NCBI GenBank assembly: GCA_963705305.1 | Contig: OY970067.1 | Coordinates: 1,728,001 to 1,792,000, forward strand | Source: an uncultured Methylomirabilota bacterium | Lineage (GTDB): Bacteria; Methylomirabilota; Methylomirabilia; Methylomirabilales; 2-02-FULL-66-22 | DNA: 64,000 nt | Direction of reading: 5' to 3' | Shown here: piece after piece, positions 9,667 to 18,658 of the stretch | Numbering within the stretch: the stretch's first letter is position 1 | Layout of the letters: every line of letters starts with the position of its first letter | Program-made: the position numbers and the translations under genes | The notes under the pieces: generated by a model | The model's input: only the letters and a program-made list of their open reading frames with translations | What the model was told of the DNA's origin: nothing | Database searches by the model: none

Positions 9667-10995
9667 TTACTTGCTTGGAACGATCTTTTCACCGCTCTTC
9701 TCGCGGATGCTTTGGATTTGCGCCACGGCCTTATCCGCAGCCGCCTTGACGTCGCCCCCCTCGATAGCGGTCACTACCACGGCTCCAATCACGTCCCGCA
9801 TTTCACCCCCGGCTATCCACGGAGATCCCCATGAGGGGGTGTCTTTGAGCTTGATCGACTCGACAATCGCCTTGGTGAAATCGGGGTGCTGGTCGCCTTT
9901 CTTGAACGCTTCGGAGACCCAGGGCGAGATGCGCGCAGTGGGGATGCCATGCAGCTGCGCCTTGAGGGAGTTCTCTTTTCCAGTCGCCCAGGCGATGAAA
10001 TACCAAGCGGCCTCCTTGTGCTTCGACTTGGAGTAAATCGACAGATACCAGCTTCCCCCGGCCGGTTTCCGGCCTCCCGGACCTTCCGGAAAGACCGCGA
10101 AGCTTATCTTGTCGGCCACCTGTGAGGTCTTCACATCGAAGAGCGCACTCGCCTGCACGGTGGAATCCACCCACATGGCGGCCTTGCCGGACTGGACCAG
10201 GTTCTGGCATTGGAACCAGTGGTAGTTCACTACGCCGGGAGGCCCGCATTCGCGAGCCAGTCGGCCATAATATTCGAAAGCCTTCAGGGCCGCTGGGGTG
10301 TTCAGGGCCGGATTGTTGTTCTTGTCTGCCCAACTGCCACCCATCCCGTAAAGGAACCCAGAAAAGATTGTGGTAGTTGCAGCGCCCTTGCCGCGCAAGC
10401 AAATCCCGTAGATTCCCTTGCTTTTGTCCGTTAGCTTCTTGGCGGCCTCTTCCAGTTCCGAAAAAGTATTCGGCGGCTGCAGACCGGCGGCCGCGAAGAG
10501 ATCCTTGCGGTACATAAGGATCTCGAGATCCGTGTACAAGGGGATGCCAATGAGCTCCCCGTTTACTGTGGCGTCATCAATGCCTTTGGCCGAGATGTCG
10601 GACAGGTCGAAATCCGGTGAGCTGTACTGGGGGTCCTTCGCGTACTTGCCAAGGGGCTCGTACCATCCCGCCTGATAATACTTCATGCCCTCCTGATGGC
10701 GCTGCGACCCGAAGACGTCCACGTCCCCTTTGCCCGATGTGAAGGCGATGGCGAGCTTCTGCCGAGTTTGGTCCTCCGGCATGACATTCATGTTGACTTT
10801 GATTCCCGTGAGACTCTCGAATTCTGCAATCTTGGGCTTCAAGAAGTCGGACCACGGCTGGAGTGCCAGTTCCACGTTGATCGTAGTCCCGGCATACCTC
10901 TTCCAGTCAAATGGCTTCTCGCCGGCGACAGCCGTCGCGAGCAGCACGCCCACACAGATTGCGGCCAGAGCGCTCACCATCACTGCCCGTTTCAT
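9667..10995 (-). CDS. Sugar ABC transporter substrate-binding protein
   Basis: Signal peptide MKRAVMVSALAA after GGAGG RBS; GIPLY, YRKDL, GKAAM motifs. Confidence 0.92.
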   Translation of the reverse strand: MKRAVMVSALAAICVGVLLATAVAGEKPFDWKRYAGTTINVELALQPWSDFLKPKIAEFESLTGIKVNMNVMPEDQTRQKLAIAFTSGKGDVDVFGSQRHQEGMKYYQAGWYEPLGKYAKDPQYSSPDFDLSDISAKGIDDATVNGELIGIPLYTDLEILMYRKDLFAAAGLQPPNTFSELEEAAKKLTDKSKGIYGICLRGKGAATTTIFSGFLYGMGGSWADKNNNPALNTPAALKAFEYYGRLARECGPPGVVNYHWFQCQNLVQSGKAAMWVDSTVQASALFDVKTSQVADKISFAVFPEGPGGRKPAGGSWYLSIYSKSKHKEAAWYFIAWATGKENSLKAQLHGIPTARISPWVSEAFKKGDQHPDFTKAIVESIKLKDTPSWGSPWIAGGEMRDVIGAVVVTAIEGGDVKAAADKAVAQIQSIREKSGEKIVPSK

Positions 10996-11045
10996 GGAGG
11001 CCTCCTTTGAGATGCCCGGACCGGAGCCGGCCGGGCGACGCCACC

Positions 11046-11627
11046 CTAGCGCGCCGGCTGCTGCTGACCCGCTTGCGCGTGCAGCAGTCGGACCCATTCC
11101 TTCGTGTAAAGCCCGTGGAAATGCCAGGTCCGCCCGCTGATCAGATTCCCGTCGAAGCAGACCGGCTCATCCACATAGGTCCCGCCGCAGACTTCCAGGT
11201 CGAACCGACACTTGGGCACGCAGGTCATCCGGCGTCCCTTGACGCACCCGGCCCGGGCGGGGATCTCGACGCCATGGCAGACGCTGGCAATCGGCTTGTT
11301 CAGATCGAAGAAGTGCCGGGTAATGCGGATCAAGTCTGGATCATCGCGGATGTACTCCGGAGCCCGGCCGCCGCTGAAGAAGATGCCGATGTACTGCTCC
11401 GGCTGCACATCCCGAAACGCAAGGTCGGCGTCGAGGGTATAGCCCTCCCATTCCCGCGTGATGTCCCAGCCCGGCTTTACTTCGTGCATGACCATGTTGT
11501 AGCGCCGCTTCTCCGGGCCGGCGACCACCGGCTGAAAGCCTTCCTCCTGGACCCGGAGATAGGGATATAGGGTGTCCACCGTCTCGGTCGCGTCGCCGAT
11601 GATGATGAGCACCTTGGGTTGTGCCAT
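11046..11627 (-). CDS. DJ-1/PfpI family protein
   Basis: GDATE, SGGRAPEY, ASVCHG with nucleophile Cys; GAGGAGG RBS. Confidence 0.9.
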   Translation of the reverse strand: MAQPKVLIIIGDATETVDTLYPYLRVQEEGFQPVVAGPEKRRYNMVMHEVKPGWDITREWEGYTLDADLAFRDVQPEQYIGIFFSGGRAPEYIRDDPDLIRITRHFFDLNKPIASVCHGVEIPARAGCVKGRRMTCVPKCRFDLEVCGGTYVDEPVCFDGNLISGRTWHFHGLYTKEWVRLLHAQAGQQQPAR

Positions 11628-11661
11628 GCGGACCTCCTCGAACCGATTCCGGCTGGTTTGC

Positions 11662-12504
11662 CTAGTCCCGCACTCCGATCTTCTTGAGATACGCCAGGCC
11701 TCGGACCACTTCCGCCTCACACGCCTCGAAGGTCGGCAGGTAGAGCAAGCGCGGAGAAATCCAAAAGAATTCGAAGGACAAGAACCCCGTATATCGAATA
11801 TTGCGCAGGGCTTGCAGGATGGGAGGAAAGTTAATGTGCCCCTCTCCCGGCGCGAGACGGTGACTGTCCGGAAGATGCAAGTGCGCAAGCCGCGGACCCG
11901 CCTTCTCAATGGCGGCGGGCAGCGAGCCTTCTTCGATATTCATGTGGAAGGTGTCCCCAACGACTTTCAGGATCGGGGAATTGACGCGCTCTACGTACCC
12001 AGAGCATTCCGCCAGGGTATGGCCCAGGCTGGTCTCATAGCGGTTCAGGGCCTCGAAGCCCATTGTTACGCCGAGGGATTCGGACCGCCGCGCCGCCTGC
12101 CCGAACACGCCGAGGACCCGATCCAATCCCACCGTGCGGTCCATACCCTCGGGGATGGACCGCAGCCCACCACCCCCCACGACCACGACGGGGGCTTCGA
12201 GATCTGCGCTCAGCTCCATGACGGAGACCATGTGGTCCACGACATTTTGGCGCTCGGTCGCTTCCTCGGCCGTCATCTTGAGGCCGCCCGGAAAAATGAA
12301 ATGCAGGGCGCTGATCTGCAGGCCGGTCCCGGCGATGTACTGCTTGATCTCTTTCCGGCGCTGGGGGGAGGTCTCCGACGGGATGGCGTGGTACATCACC
12401 GTGATCTCCACGCCGTCGAACCCGGCGTGCGCCAGCCGGTCCACGACTTGGAACAGATCCGCGCGACCGAAATTCGCGCTGCAAGCACTGACCTTGAATG
12501 GCAT
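11662..12504 (-). CDS. Sugar phosphate isomerase/epimerase (psicose/tagatose 3-epimerase-like)
   Basis: FEALNRYE, DTFHMNIEE, HLHLPDSHR, PGEGH, SFE. Confidence 0.88.
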   Translation of the reverse strand: MPFKVSACSANFGRADLFQVVDRLAHAGFDGVEITVMYHAIPSETSPQRRKEIKQYIAGTGLQISALHFIFPGGLKMTAEEATERQNVVDHMVSVMELSADLEAPVVVVGGGGLRSIPEGMDRTVGLDRVLGVFGQAARRSESLGVTMGFEALNRYETSLGHTLAECSGYVERVNSPILKVVGDTFHMNIEEGSLPAAIEKAGPRLAHLHLPDSHRLAPGEGHINFPPILQALRNIRYTGFLSFEFFWISPRLLYLPTFEACEAEVVRGLAYLKKIGVRD

Positions 12505-12530
12505 GGTATTCTCCCTGAGTGAGTTGGCGG

Positions 12531-13652
12531 TTAGGCGACGATGTCGGACCGGCTGATGTATCGTCGCCCTTCAATCGAGGCGTGGATCATCCGGGCCAGC
12601 ACCAATGCCTCGATCCCGTCTTCCCCGGTTACCGGAGCATCGCGCTTCTCTCGGATTGCGTCGGCAAACGCTCGAATCTCTCCGACGTATCCGCTGAACT
12701 CTTCATCGAAGAACAGCGTGTGGGGCATGACCGGCGCCCAGGTCTTGGACGGCCCTTCATCGCTATCGTGCAGTGTGACGGAAAAGCCATCTTCCACGAC
12801 CAGCCACTTGCGGTCGCCGAACACTTCGATGCGCTCCCAGGGCTTCAACGACGGCGATGAGGAGTTGAAGTAGAATGCGCCGATTGCCCCAGACGCGAAC
12901 TCGACGTTCACGACGATGTTGTCGTAGGGATAGTTGGGCTCGGCAAACTGGTTGATGCCGAACGCATGGAGACCCGTGATGGTGCCTCCGATCCAGTGGG
13001 CAACGTGCAAGTTATGGCAGGCCTGGCCTTCGAGCAAGATGTGCCGCGACCACCCCTGGCACAATTTGATGGCCATCAGGGCTGGGGTGCCGATCTCCCC
13101 GGCCTGGATCAATTGCTGCGCCACGACATACGGGGGCGAGAAGTGTTTCATGAAACCGGTCGTCACCACCAACTGATTCTTTCGCGCCTCCGCAACGATG
13201 GTTCGCGCTTCGGCGATGCTCTCGGCGAGCCGGGGCACGCCCAGGAACAGGAAGGGCTTTTCCACGAACAGATGCACGCGCCGGGCGACGGCGGCTCGCA
13301 GGGCCTTGAGGCGGCTTTCTCCCGGGTCGGTCAGGACCTCGACGGCATCGAGCTCTTCGCGCTCGAGCATCTCTTCGAAATCGGCATAGCAGCGGAATCC
13401 GTGGAGGGACTGGCATTTGGCGCGGAGCGCATCATTGATCTCCGCCGCGGCGGTGACCTGAATAGGACAGCCGGTTTCCTGCAGTCTGCGGATCGCGGGC
13501 AAGTGCTTTCCCAGCGCCACGCCCCCTAGACCGATCAGCCCGATCCGCACGGGGCGCTGCCCGGGGGCCGGAGTATTTTTGACGTTGTACTTGTCTTTTT
13601 CTGCCCAGACCGACGTGTACCCGTACGGGACTGAACGCCGGAAAGTCTCCAC
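12531..13652 (-). CDS. Gfo/Idh/MocA oxidoreductase
   Basis: IGLGGVA, FVEKP; GTG start with AGGAG RBS. Confidence 0.88.
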   Translation of the reverse strand: METFRRSVPYGYTSVWAEKDKYNVKNTPAPGQRPVRIGLIGLGGVALGKHLPAIRRLQETGCPIQVTAAAEINDALRAKCQSLHGFRCYADFEEMLEREELDAVEVLTDPGESRLKALRAAVARRVHLFVEKPFLFLGVPRLAESIAEARTIVAEARKNQLVVTTGFMKHFSPPYVVAQQLIQAGEIGTPALMAIKLCQGWSRHILLEGQACHNLHVAHWIGGTITGLHAFGINQFAEPNYPYDNIVVNVEFASGAIGAFYFNSSSPSLKPWERIEVFGDRKWLVVEDGFSVTLHDSDEGPSKTWAPVMPHTLFFDEEFSGYVGEIRAFADAIREKRDAPVTGEDGIEALVLARMIHASIEGRRYISRSDIVA

Positions 13653-13732
13653 TGTCTTTTCTCCTTGCGCATCGGGTTATCGCGCTGTCTATGTTGTCGC
13701 TAGTTAGCCCGCGAAGTTTCGAAGAGCGATCC

Positions 13733-15001
13733 TCAGGTCTTCCCTCCGTTTCGGACCAGGATGGTTGAAGGCCGTTCGTGCGTGATAGCGCTGGCGGCCA
13801 AGGTCTCTTCGATTGCCATCATCGAACAGCCTATCACCCCGGCCCGGTTGCCAAGTGCCGATGTCACAATGGACAGGGTTTGGGTGGATAACGACAGGGA
13901 CCGACGGTACACGGTCTCGCGGATCGTGGCCAGCAGTAGGTGTCCGACGCGTGAGACACCGCCACCGATGACAATGAGCGATGGGTTATAGAAATTCACT
14001 AAACCGGCGAGAACTTGGCCGATGAGCCGCCCGGAGTGCCTGATGATGTCGATTGCCGATTGATCGCCTTCTGCCGCCGCCCGCCCGACGTCAACCGCCG
14101 TCAAATGCCCTTGAGAGGCGAGCAGATCAGCGAGTCCCGGACTGCGGCCCTCTTGCGCGGCGGCCACCGCTTGTCGCACGATGGCCGGTGCGGCGGCTAT
14201 CGCTTCGAGGCAGCCAATGTTGCCGCAATTGCACCGGGGCCCAGAACTGTCGGCCATAATGTGGCCCACATCCCCCGCGCAGCCCTGGGCGCCCCGGTAA
14301 ATGTGTCCGTTGCAGATGAGTCCGGCGCCGATTCCGGTCGCGACCTTTATGAAAAAGAAGTTGCTCGCGCCTTGGCCGGTCCCCGCCCATTGCTCGCCCA
14401 GGGCCATAACATTCACATCGTTGTCCACGAAGACGGGGCACGTGAAATCCTTCCGGAAGAAATCTGAGATCTGGCACCCGTCCCACCCAGGCATAATCGG
14501 CGGTGAAATGGGACGCCCGGTCAGGAACTCCACCGGACCGGGCACACCGACGCCGATGCCGAGAATGCTCTCATTTCGGATTTCTTGCTGGTGCAGCAAT
14601 TCGCGAACGATGGGCAACGCGACTGCAAATGCAGTATCTGGCCCCACCCTTATGTCGAGGAGCTCCTCGCGCATGGCCAGGATCTCGCCCGCCACGTTGC
14701 TGATACCCACCCGGAAAACCGTCGCGCCAAAGTCCAAGCCCAGCACATATCGTGCGTTCTTATTGAACGAGAACAACATCGAAGGGCGTCCACCGGTGGA
14801 GTCGCCTGCCCCGTTCGGCGTGATCCAGTTTTGCTGCTGAAGTGCGAGAAGTACCTGATTAACGCGGCTCCGACTTAACCCTGTCGCGTCAACGAGGTCG
14901 GCACGTGAAAAACAAGGGCGTTGCCGAAGCAACTGGATCACTCGTAATTCCAATTGATCCAACGGAATCGGATTGGGGAAGTTTGCAGCGTCGTCACCCA
15001 T
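13733..15001 (-). CDS. ROK family transcriptional regulator
   Basis: N-terminal HTH (SRADLVDATGLSRS, GGRP), GVPGP, DNDVN, CNCGNIGCLE zinc motif; start chosen from promoter position. Confidence 0.92.
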   Translation of the reverse strand: MGDDAANFPNPIPLDQLELRVIQLLRQRPCFSRADLVDATGLSRSRVNQVLLALQQQNWITPNGAGDSTGGRPSMLFSFNKNARYVLGLDFGATVFRVGISNVAGEILAMREELLDIRVGPDTAFAVALPIVRELLHQQEIRNESILGIGVGVPGPVEFLTGRPISPPIMPGWDGCQISDFFRKDFTCPVFVDNDVNVMALGEQWAGTGQGASNFFFIKVATGIGAGLICNGHIYRGAQGCAGDVGHIMADSSGPRCNCGNIGCLEAIAAAPAIVRQAVAAAQEGRSPGLADLLASQGHLTAVDVGRAAAEGDQSAIDIIRHSGRLIGQVLAGLVNFYNPSLIVIGGGVSRVGHLLLATIRETVYRRSLSLSTQTLSIVTSALGNRAGVIGCSMMAIEETLAASAITHERPSTILVRNGGKT

Positions 15002-15008
15002 GTGTACC

Positions 15009-15036
15009 AAAATAGCAAAAGTCTTCAAGTTGTCAA
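15009..15036 (-). promoter_or_regulatory. sigma70-type promoter TTGACA-N16-TATTTT with TG extension
   Basis: Read directly; -10 ends 7 nt before ATG 15001. Confidence 0.6.
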
Positions 15037-15059
15037 TGACTTTTATCATATATGATGTC

Positions 15060-15084
15060 ACTTTAGATTATAATAAACAAAAGT
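15060..15084. promoter_or_regulatory. Probable ROK (XylR/NagC-like) operator
   Basis: 25-bp palindrome ACTTTAGATTATAATAAACAAAAGT (20/25 symmetric) upstream of the ROK gene. Confidence 0.65.
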
Positions 15085-15629
15085 TCGCAAATCTGTTTCG
15101 GCCACACGGGTGCTGAATTCGCACTCCGAGCGGTCCCCCGGGTTTATTTGAGTCCTTTGAGAGATTCTGCCGTTTGAGACCAGCGGTGGGCGCCGTATCT
15201 ATAGCTGGTCAACTGGAACTTTTTGCCGCGGGCGGGCTCGGAATGAAGTTGAATGCGGGTTGTATGTGCTTTGTTTGCTTGGCTCCGCCCATTTTATTAG
15301 GGGTCGGTGCCGGAGGAACGGCTCGCACCCTCTGGTCCGCCGTTCGGATCCTCGCGCTTTGCGAAGGACTGAACGACTCTGGCGGCCGACACCCCCGCCT
15401 CGCTGTCCACCGGCGGTCCGGCAGATGTACCTTCACCCGCGGCGTCTGCCTGCGCAGCCTGCTCCTCCCCGACTTGATCACGATTTTCCCCATACCTCTC
15501 ATATAGCCGCTCCAGCTTGGGCTTCTCAGACACCGGGATCACGAACACCCCGTGGCTCTTCTGGGTCCTGAGCTGGAGCTTCTTCCGGATGATCCCGCTG
15601 TGGGGCCAACCTAATTGTGAGCGATTTCT

Positions 15630-15702
15630 TTGAGGGAAATGGGTCACACTCCTTTCGGGTCCCCCGGGGAACCTCGGCTCCGGAGTGTCACCCATTTTCC
15701 TC
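15630..15702. repeat. 22-bp inverted repeat (hairpin)
   Basis: TGAGGGAAATGGGTCACACTCC ... GGAGTGTCACCCATTTTCCTCA, 2 mismatches. Confidence 0.8.
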
Positions 15703-15714
15703 ACGGACTTTTGC

Positions 15715-16323
15715 TCATGATCTGGTCGTTAGCCCAAGGTTATTCTGAGGCGAGTGTGGCACCAGACGCTCGGTAGAGTTCACTCTGAAGCCGGGCTGGA
15801 TCCGCCACTCCCCACCCTGCCAGACGGCAAAGGCCGACCAGTTCTCCTGGGGCCGGCAGACCGTCTCAAGGATGGTTCCATCGGGGAGGATGGCCGACAC
15901 CGTGAACACGTTATTGCGGATTTTATTCAGCAGCTCGGCGACCGCGCGAACCAGCTCGTCTGACGCCATCGGCACGTTCGAGGTGTAGTGCTGAGCAAGG
16001 CTCCTAAACAATGGCCGAAGGTCCCGGCTGGCATCGACAATCGGATTCCCATAAACTTGTCCATGCCGCCCGGCCAGTTCCTTCATTTCGCGCTCGTGCC
16101 CGGCGAGAACCCCCAAGACCAAATCTCGATTCGCCGAGAAGTAGTCAATGACGCGCAGCCGATCTGTATCCCCCCCCACAGAATCTCCGTAATGATCCCG
16201 CAATCGTTGCGCGGCGATGACCAGGGCAATCCATCGCGCTAAGAATCGATCGAACAGATCCTCTTCTTGCCGGCCCCTCGCCAACCACTTACGAATGAAG
16301 GCTACCCGCCGGTCCTGGACCAT
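15715..16323 (-). pseudogene. Chimeric ORF: HEPN-like N-terminus cut at RNNVF, fused to a fragment of an unrelated gene
   Basis: DLFDRFLARWIAL...LNKIRNNVF resembles Apea-like HEPN (RNNxFH); character changes abruptly at about 15903. Confidence 0.45.
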
Positions 16324-16763
16324 GCGCGGAGCTCCTCGGCGTACTTGGAGGGAAAGCCGCTGCTCACCGCGGTGGCAATGATGGCTTCCAGGTAGCCCGG
16401 TCTCGCCGCCCTGCCGATACGCGCGTCAGTCGCCACGTAGACCACTGCTTCACACTCGCGGCCTTGACCAGCCTGTACCCTCAGATTTGCCTTCTTGTAG
16501 AGGCCAGCCTTCACCCCCTCGTATCCATCGAGAGATCGCTCGTCGCTGGCCGAGATCCGCCACAGGATTCCGTTCACGACTCCTGAGTCCTCCGGAACGA
16601 CCGTGGCGACACCGCGTGGATTGATCCTGAATCGCCATCCGGCGAGGACGCCGTTCGCCAGTCGCATCGCCTCCGGGCAGCGTCGCCGCATCTGAGCGGC
16701 ATCCATGTTCGATCCGTACGCAAAATACATCCTGCCTGAAGTGGATTCGTGCTCGGACATCAT
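16302..16763 (-). CDS. gamma-glutamylcyclotransferase (AIG2-like) family protein
   Basis: YFAYGSNM...RRCP, LDGYEG; GGAGG RBS. Confidence 0.88.
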   Translation of the reverse strand: MMSEHESTSGRMYFAYGSNMDAAQMRRRCPEAMRLANGVLAGWRFRINPRGVATVVPEDSGVVNGILWRISASDERSLDGYEGVKAGLYKKANLRVQAGQGRECEAVVYVATDARIGRAARPGYLEAIIATAVSSGFPSKYAEELRAWSRTGG

Positions 16764-16871
16764 CGTGTCCTCCAGCCCCACTGCCGTCTTCCGGCGATGC
16801 GAAATGTCTCGGCATCCCGCTCCTGTCCACGATGTCAGCGCGTGTGAAGACAGGCTGGCCTCCGACGCTCA

Positions 16872-16895
16872 CGGGCACGTTTTCGGGCACGTTTT
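16872..16895. repeat. Perfect 12-bp tandem repeat CGGGCACGTTTT x2
   Basis: Seen directly, just downstream of the tRNA terminator. Confidence 0.85.
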
Positions 16896-16897
16896 GG

Positions 16898-16931
16898 AAA
16901 AAAGATCAGGGGGCCCTTTCGGGACCCCCTG
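16898..16931 (-). terminator. Intrinsic terminator after tRNA-Val
   Basis: CAGGGGGTCCC-GAAA-GGGCCCCCTG then ATC and T6 on the minus strand. Confidence 0.75.
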
Positions 16932-16941
16932 GTTTCATTCG

Positions 16942-17013
16942 TGGGCGAAGGTGGTTTCGAACCACCGACCCCCTGCTTGTAAGGCAGGTGCTCTCCCCCT
17001 GAGCTATTCGCCC
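16942..17013 (-). tRNA. tRNA-Val (anticodon TAC)
   Basis: GGGCGAATAGCTCAGGGGGAGAGCACCTGCCTTACAAGCAGGGGGTCGGTGGTTCGAAACCACCTTCGCCCA folds as a cloverleaf; TTGACG-N17-GACAAT promoter upstream; CCA not encoded. Confidence 0.96.
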
Positions 17014-17277
17014 TCGTGGCCTGGATTGTCGACGTATGGGCGCCGCGCGTCAACAGGATTCTGGCGCGGGCGGCCTTGCCTCCATCCGGTATCCTGCTCG
17101 TGTCCGACTTCCTGCACCCCCTCCTTCCGCATTTGACAGGTCCGCGACCGTTCGTTAGCGTGGCATCCGCGGTGGGGATGGCCGCACGCCACGCGGATCC
17201 ATCAGGGACGGCGACCGCGTTCATCCTCTCGATCCGAGGCCGCGACGCCCTGCGTCTCCGAGAAAGGAACCGCATCA

Positions 17278-17532
17278 GTGACCCACCCCAGGTGCTTCTA
17301 CACCTGCCTGCCGTGCCGGGACGAAGACGGCAAGGAGTCGGTGCGTGCCACTCACCGGCTGCTGGTGCGGGAGGTCGGCGAGACCATGGGGCAGGAGGTG
17401 TGGGGCTGCAAGACGCACATCGTGCAGCTGTACACGGCCCTCGTCAGCAAGGGCACCCCCCTCGACGTGATCGTCCACAACATGGAGACGGGCGAGTGCG
17501 TGGTCGAGGCCCATCTGAGGCAAGTGGGATGA
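17278..17532 (+). CDS. Hypothetical protein with CxxC and CxxH (possible zinc binding)
   Basis: AAGGA RBS, TTGACA-N17-TAGCGT at 17133-17161, host-like codon use. Confidence 0.6.
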   Translation: MTHPRCFYTCLPCRDEDGKESVRATHRLLVREVGETMGQEVWGCKTHIVQLYTALVSKGTPLDVIVHNMETGECVVEAHLRQVG

Positions 17533-17708
17533 GGCAGCCGCGCACTCGCCGAGCCGCCCGCCTCCGCGATTCCTGACATCCGAGCGTCGCACAGATGTGT
17601 ATGACCGGCGGACCCGCCATCCAGGTCTTGACGTACGCACCCGGCCATGATATCCAAGCACGTCTTCAGCCGGGACGGGTCGAGAGGAAAAACGAGGAGG
17701 CGGTCCTG

Positions 17709-17861
17709 ATGACGGTCGAGGAAGGTCTGCGGCGAGCCATCGCCGACTTGCAGGCCCTGCGGACGATCAGCAACCTGTCGGTCGCCGCTCATACAAAGGT
17801 TGTCGAGGCCATCAAATTGCTGCGGGAGGCAGAAGAAGAGCAGATGAAGCAGCGCCGGTGA
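17709..17861 (+). CDS. Small hypothetical helical protein (50 aa)
   Basis: GAGGAGG RBS before ATG 17709. Confidence 0.55.
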   Translation: MTVEEGLRRAIADLQALRTISNLSVAAHTKVVEAIKLLREAEEEQMKQRR

Positions 17862-18034
17862 TGCGAAGCAACCCACATGGCCTGGCGCCCGATCGATTGG
17901 GCCGCCAGGCCGTTTCTATCTGGCGTCCCGTCGGCAGATCCGTACTGGCCCCCGGCCCCGCCCCGTGGACCGGGCCGCGTCGGTCGTCCTGACCCCGCCT
18001 CAGCCACGCCTCACCCAACCCGATCCCTCTCTAA

Positions 18035-18158
18035 CCCTGAACCGCGAAGGGTCTTGAATCGCCATGACGCCAAGATCGCCCCTTTTAATTTCGAAATTCG
18101 AACTTCGAAATTCGAATTTTTCCTTGGCGCCTTGGCGGCGAGCTGTCTTCGGGCCGGG
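18035..18158. repeat. MITE-like repeat family B, copy with TTCGAA(A/T) heptamer core
   Basis: Inverted homologue of 33881-33999; internal IR CGCCATGACGCCAAG/CTTGGCGCCTTGGCG. Confidence 0.75.
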
Positions 18159-18658
18159 CCAAAAAACCTCGGGCGAGGCCGCATGAGAGCCCCGCCCGGT
18201 TAGCTGTTGACGATGAGGCGGCTCGGTTTGGCGGGGCCGAGACGCCCGCGTTCTGATCCCCCGGCCGGCGACTGCGGGGGCCGGTCCGGGTCACTCAGAC
18301 GCTGCCGTGGCTGGCTTCGAATTATCGAGGGGAATCAGCCGCCGGCGTGATGTTTCCAATCTCTCGGGGGACTCCTTTCTCCGTGAGATCCAAGATTGGC
18401 CCGCCTCATTCGACCTGGCACACTGGGATTCCGTCGTATCATCTTGCCCCCTCCCGGCGAGGCATCCCTTCAAGGGGGATGTTTCGCTCGCCTCGACGAC
18501 GGTGCTGCCCACTTGCCGGTGCGAGATCAACGTAGTGCCATCAATGATTGAATGCAAGTAAAAAAGATACAAAAGGTATTGTACAGATCGGCGTGGCCCA
18601 GCATGTATCCAGAAAGAGGTGAGGCCGTAGCCGGCAGGGAGGGGTTTGCCGGCTTTCG

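Noticed and set aside
18085..18120. TTCGAA heptamer repeats as a CRISPR array
   Set aside because: Units are 7 bp with no spacers; no cas genes or repeat-spacer arrays were seen in the window
18291..18572. 93-aa minus-strand ORF in an AT-richer intergenic patch
   Set aside because: No motif, atypical codon use and no convincing RBS
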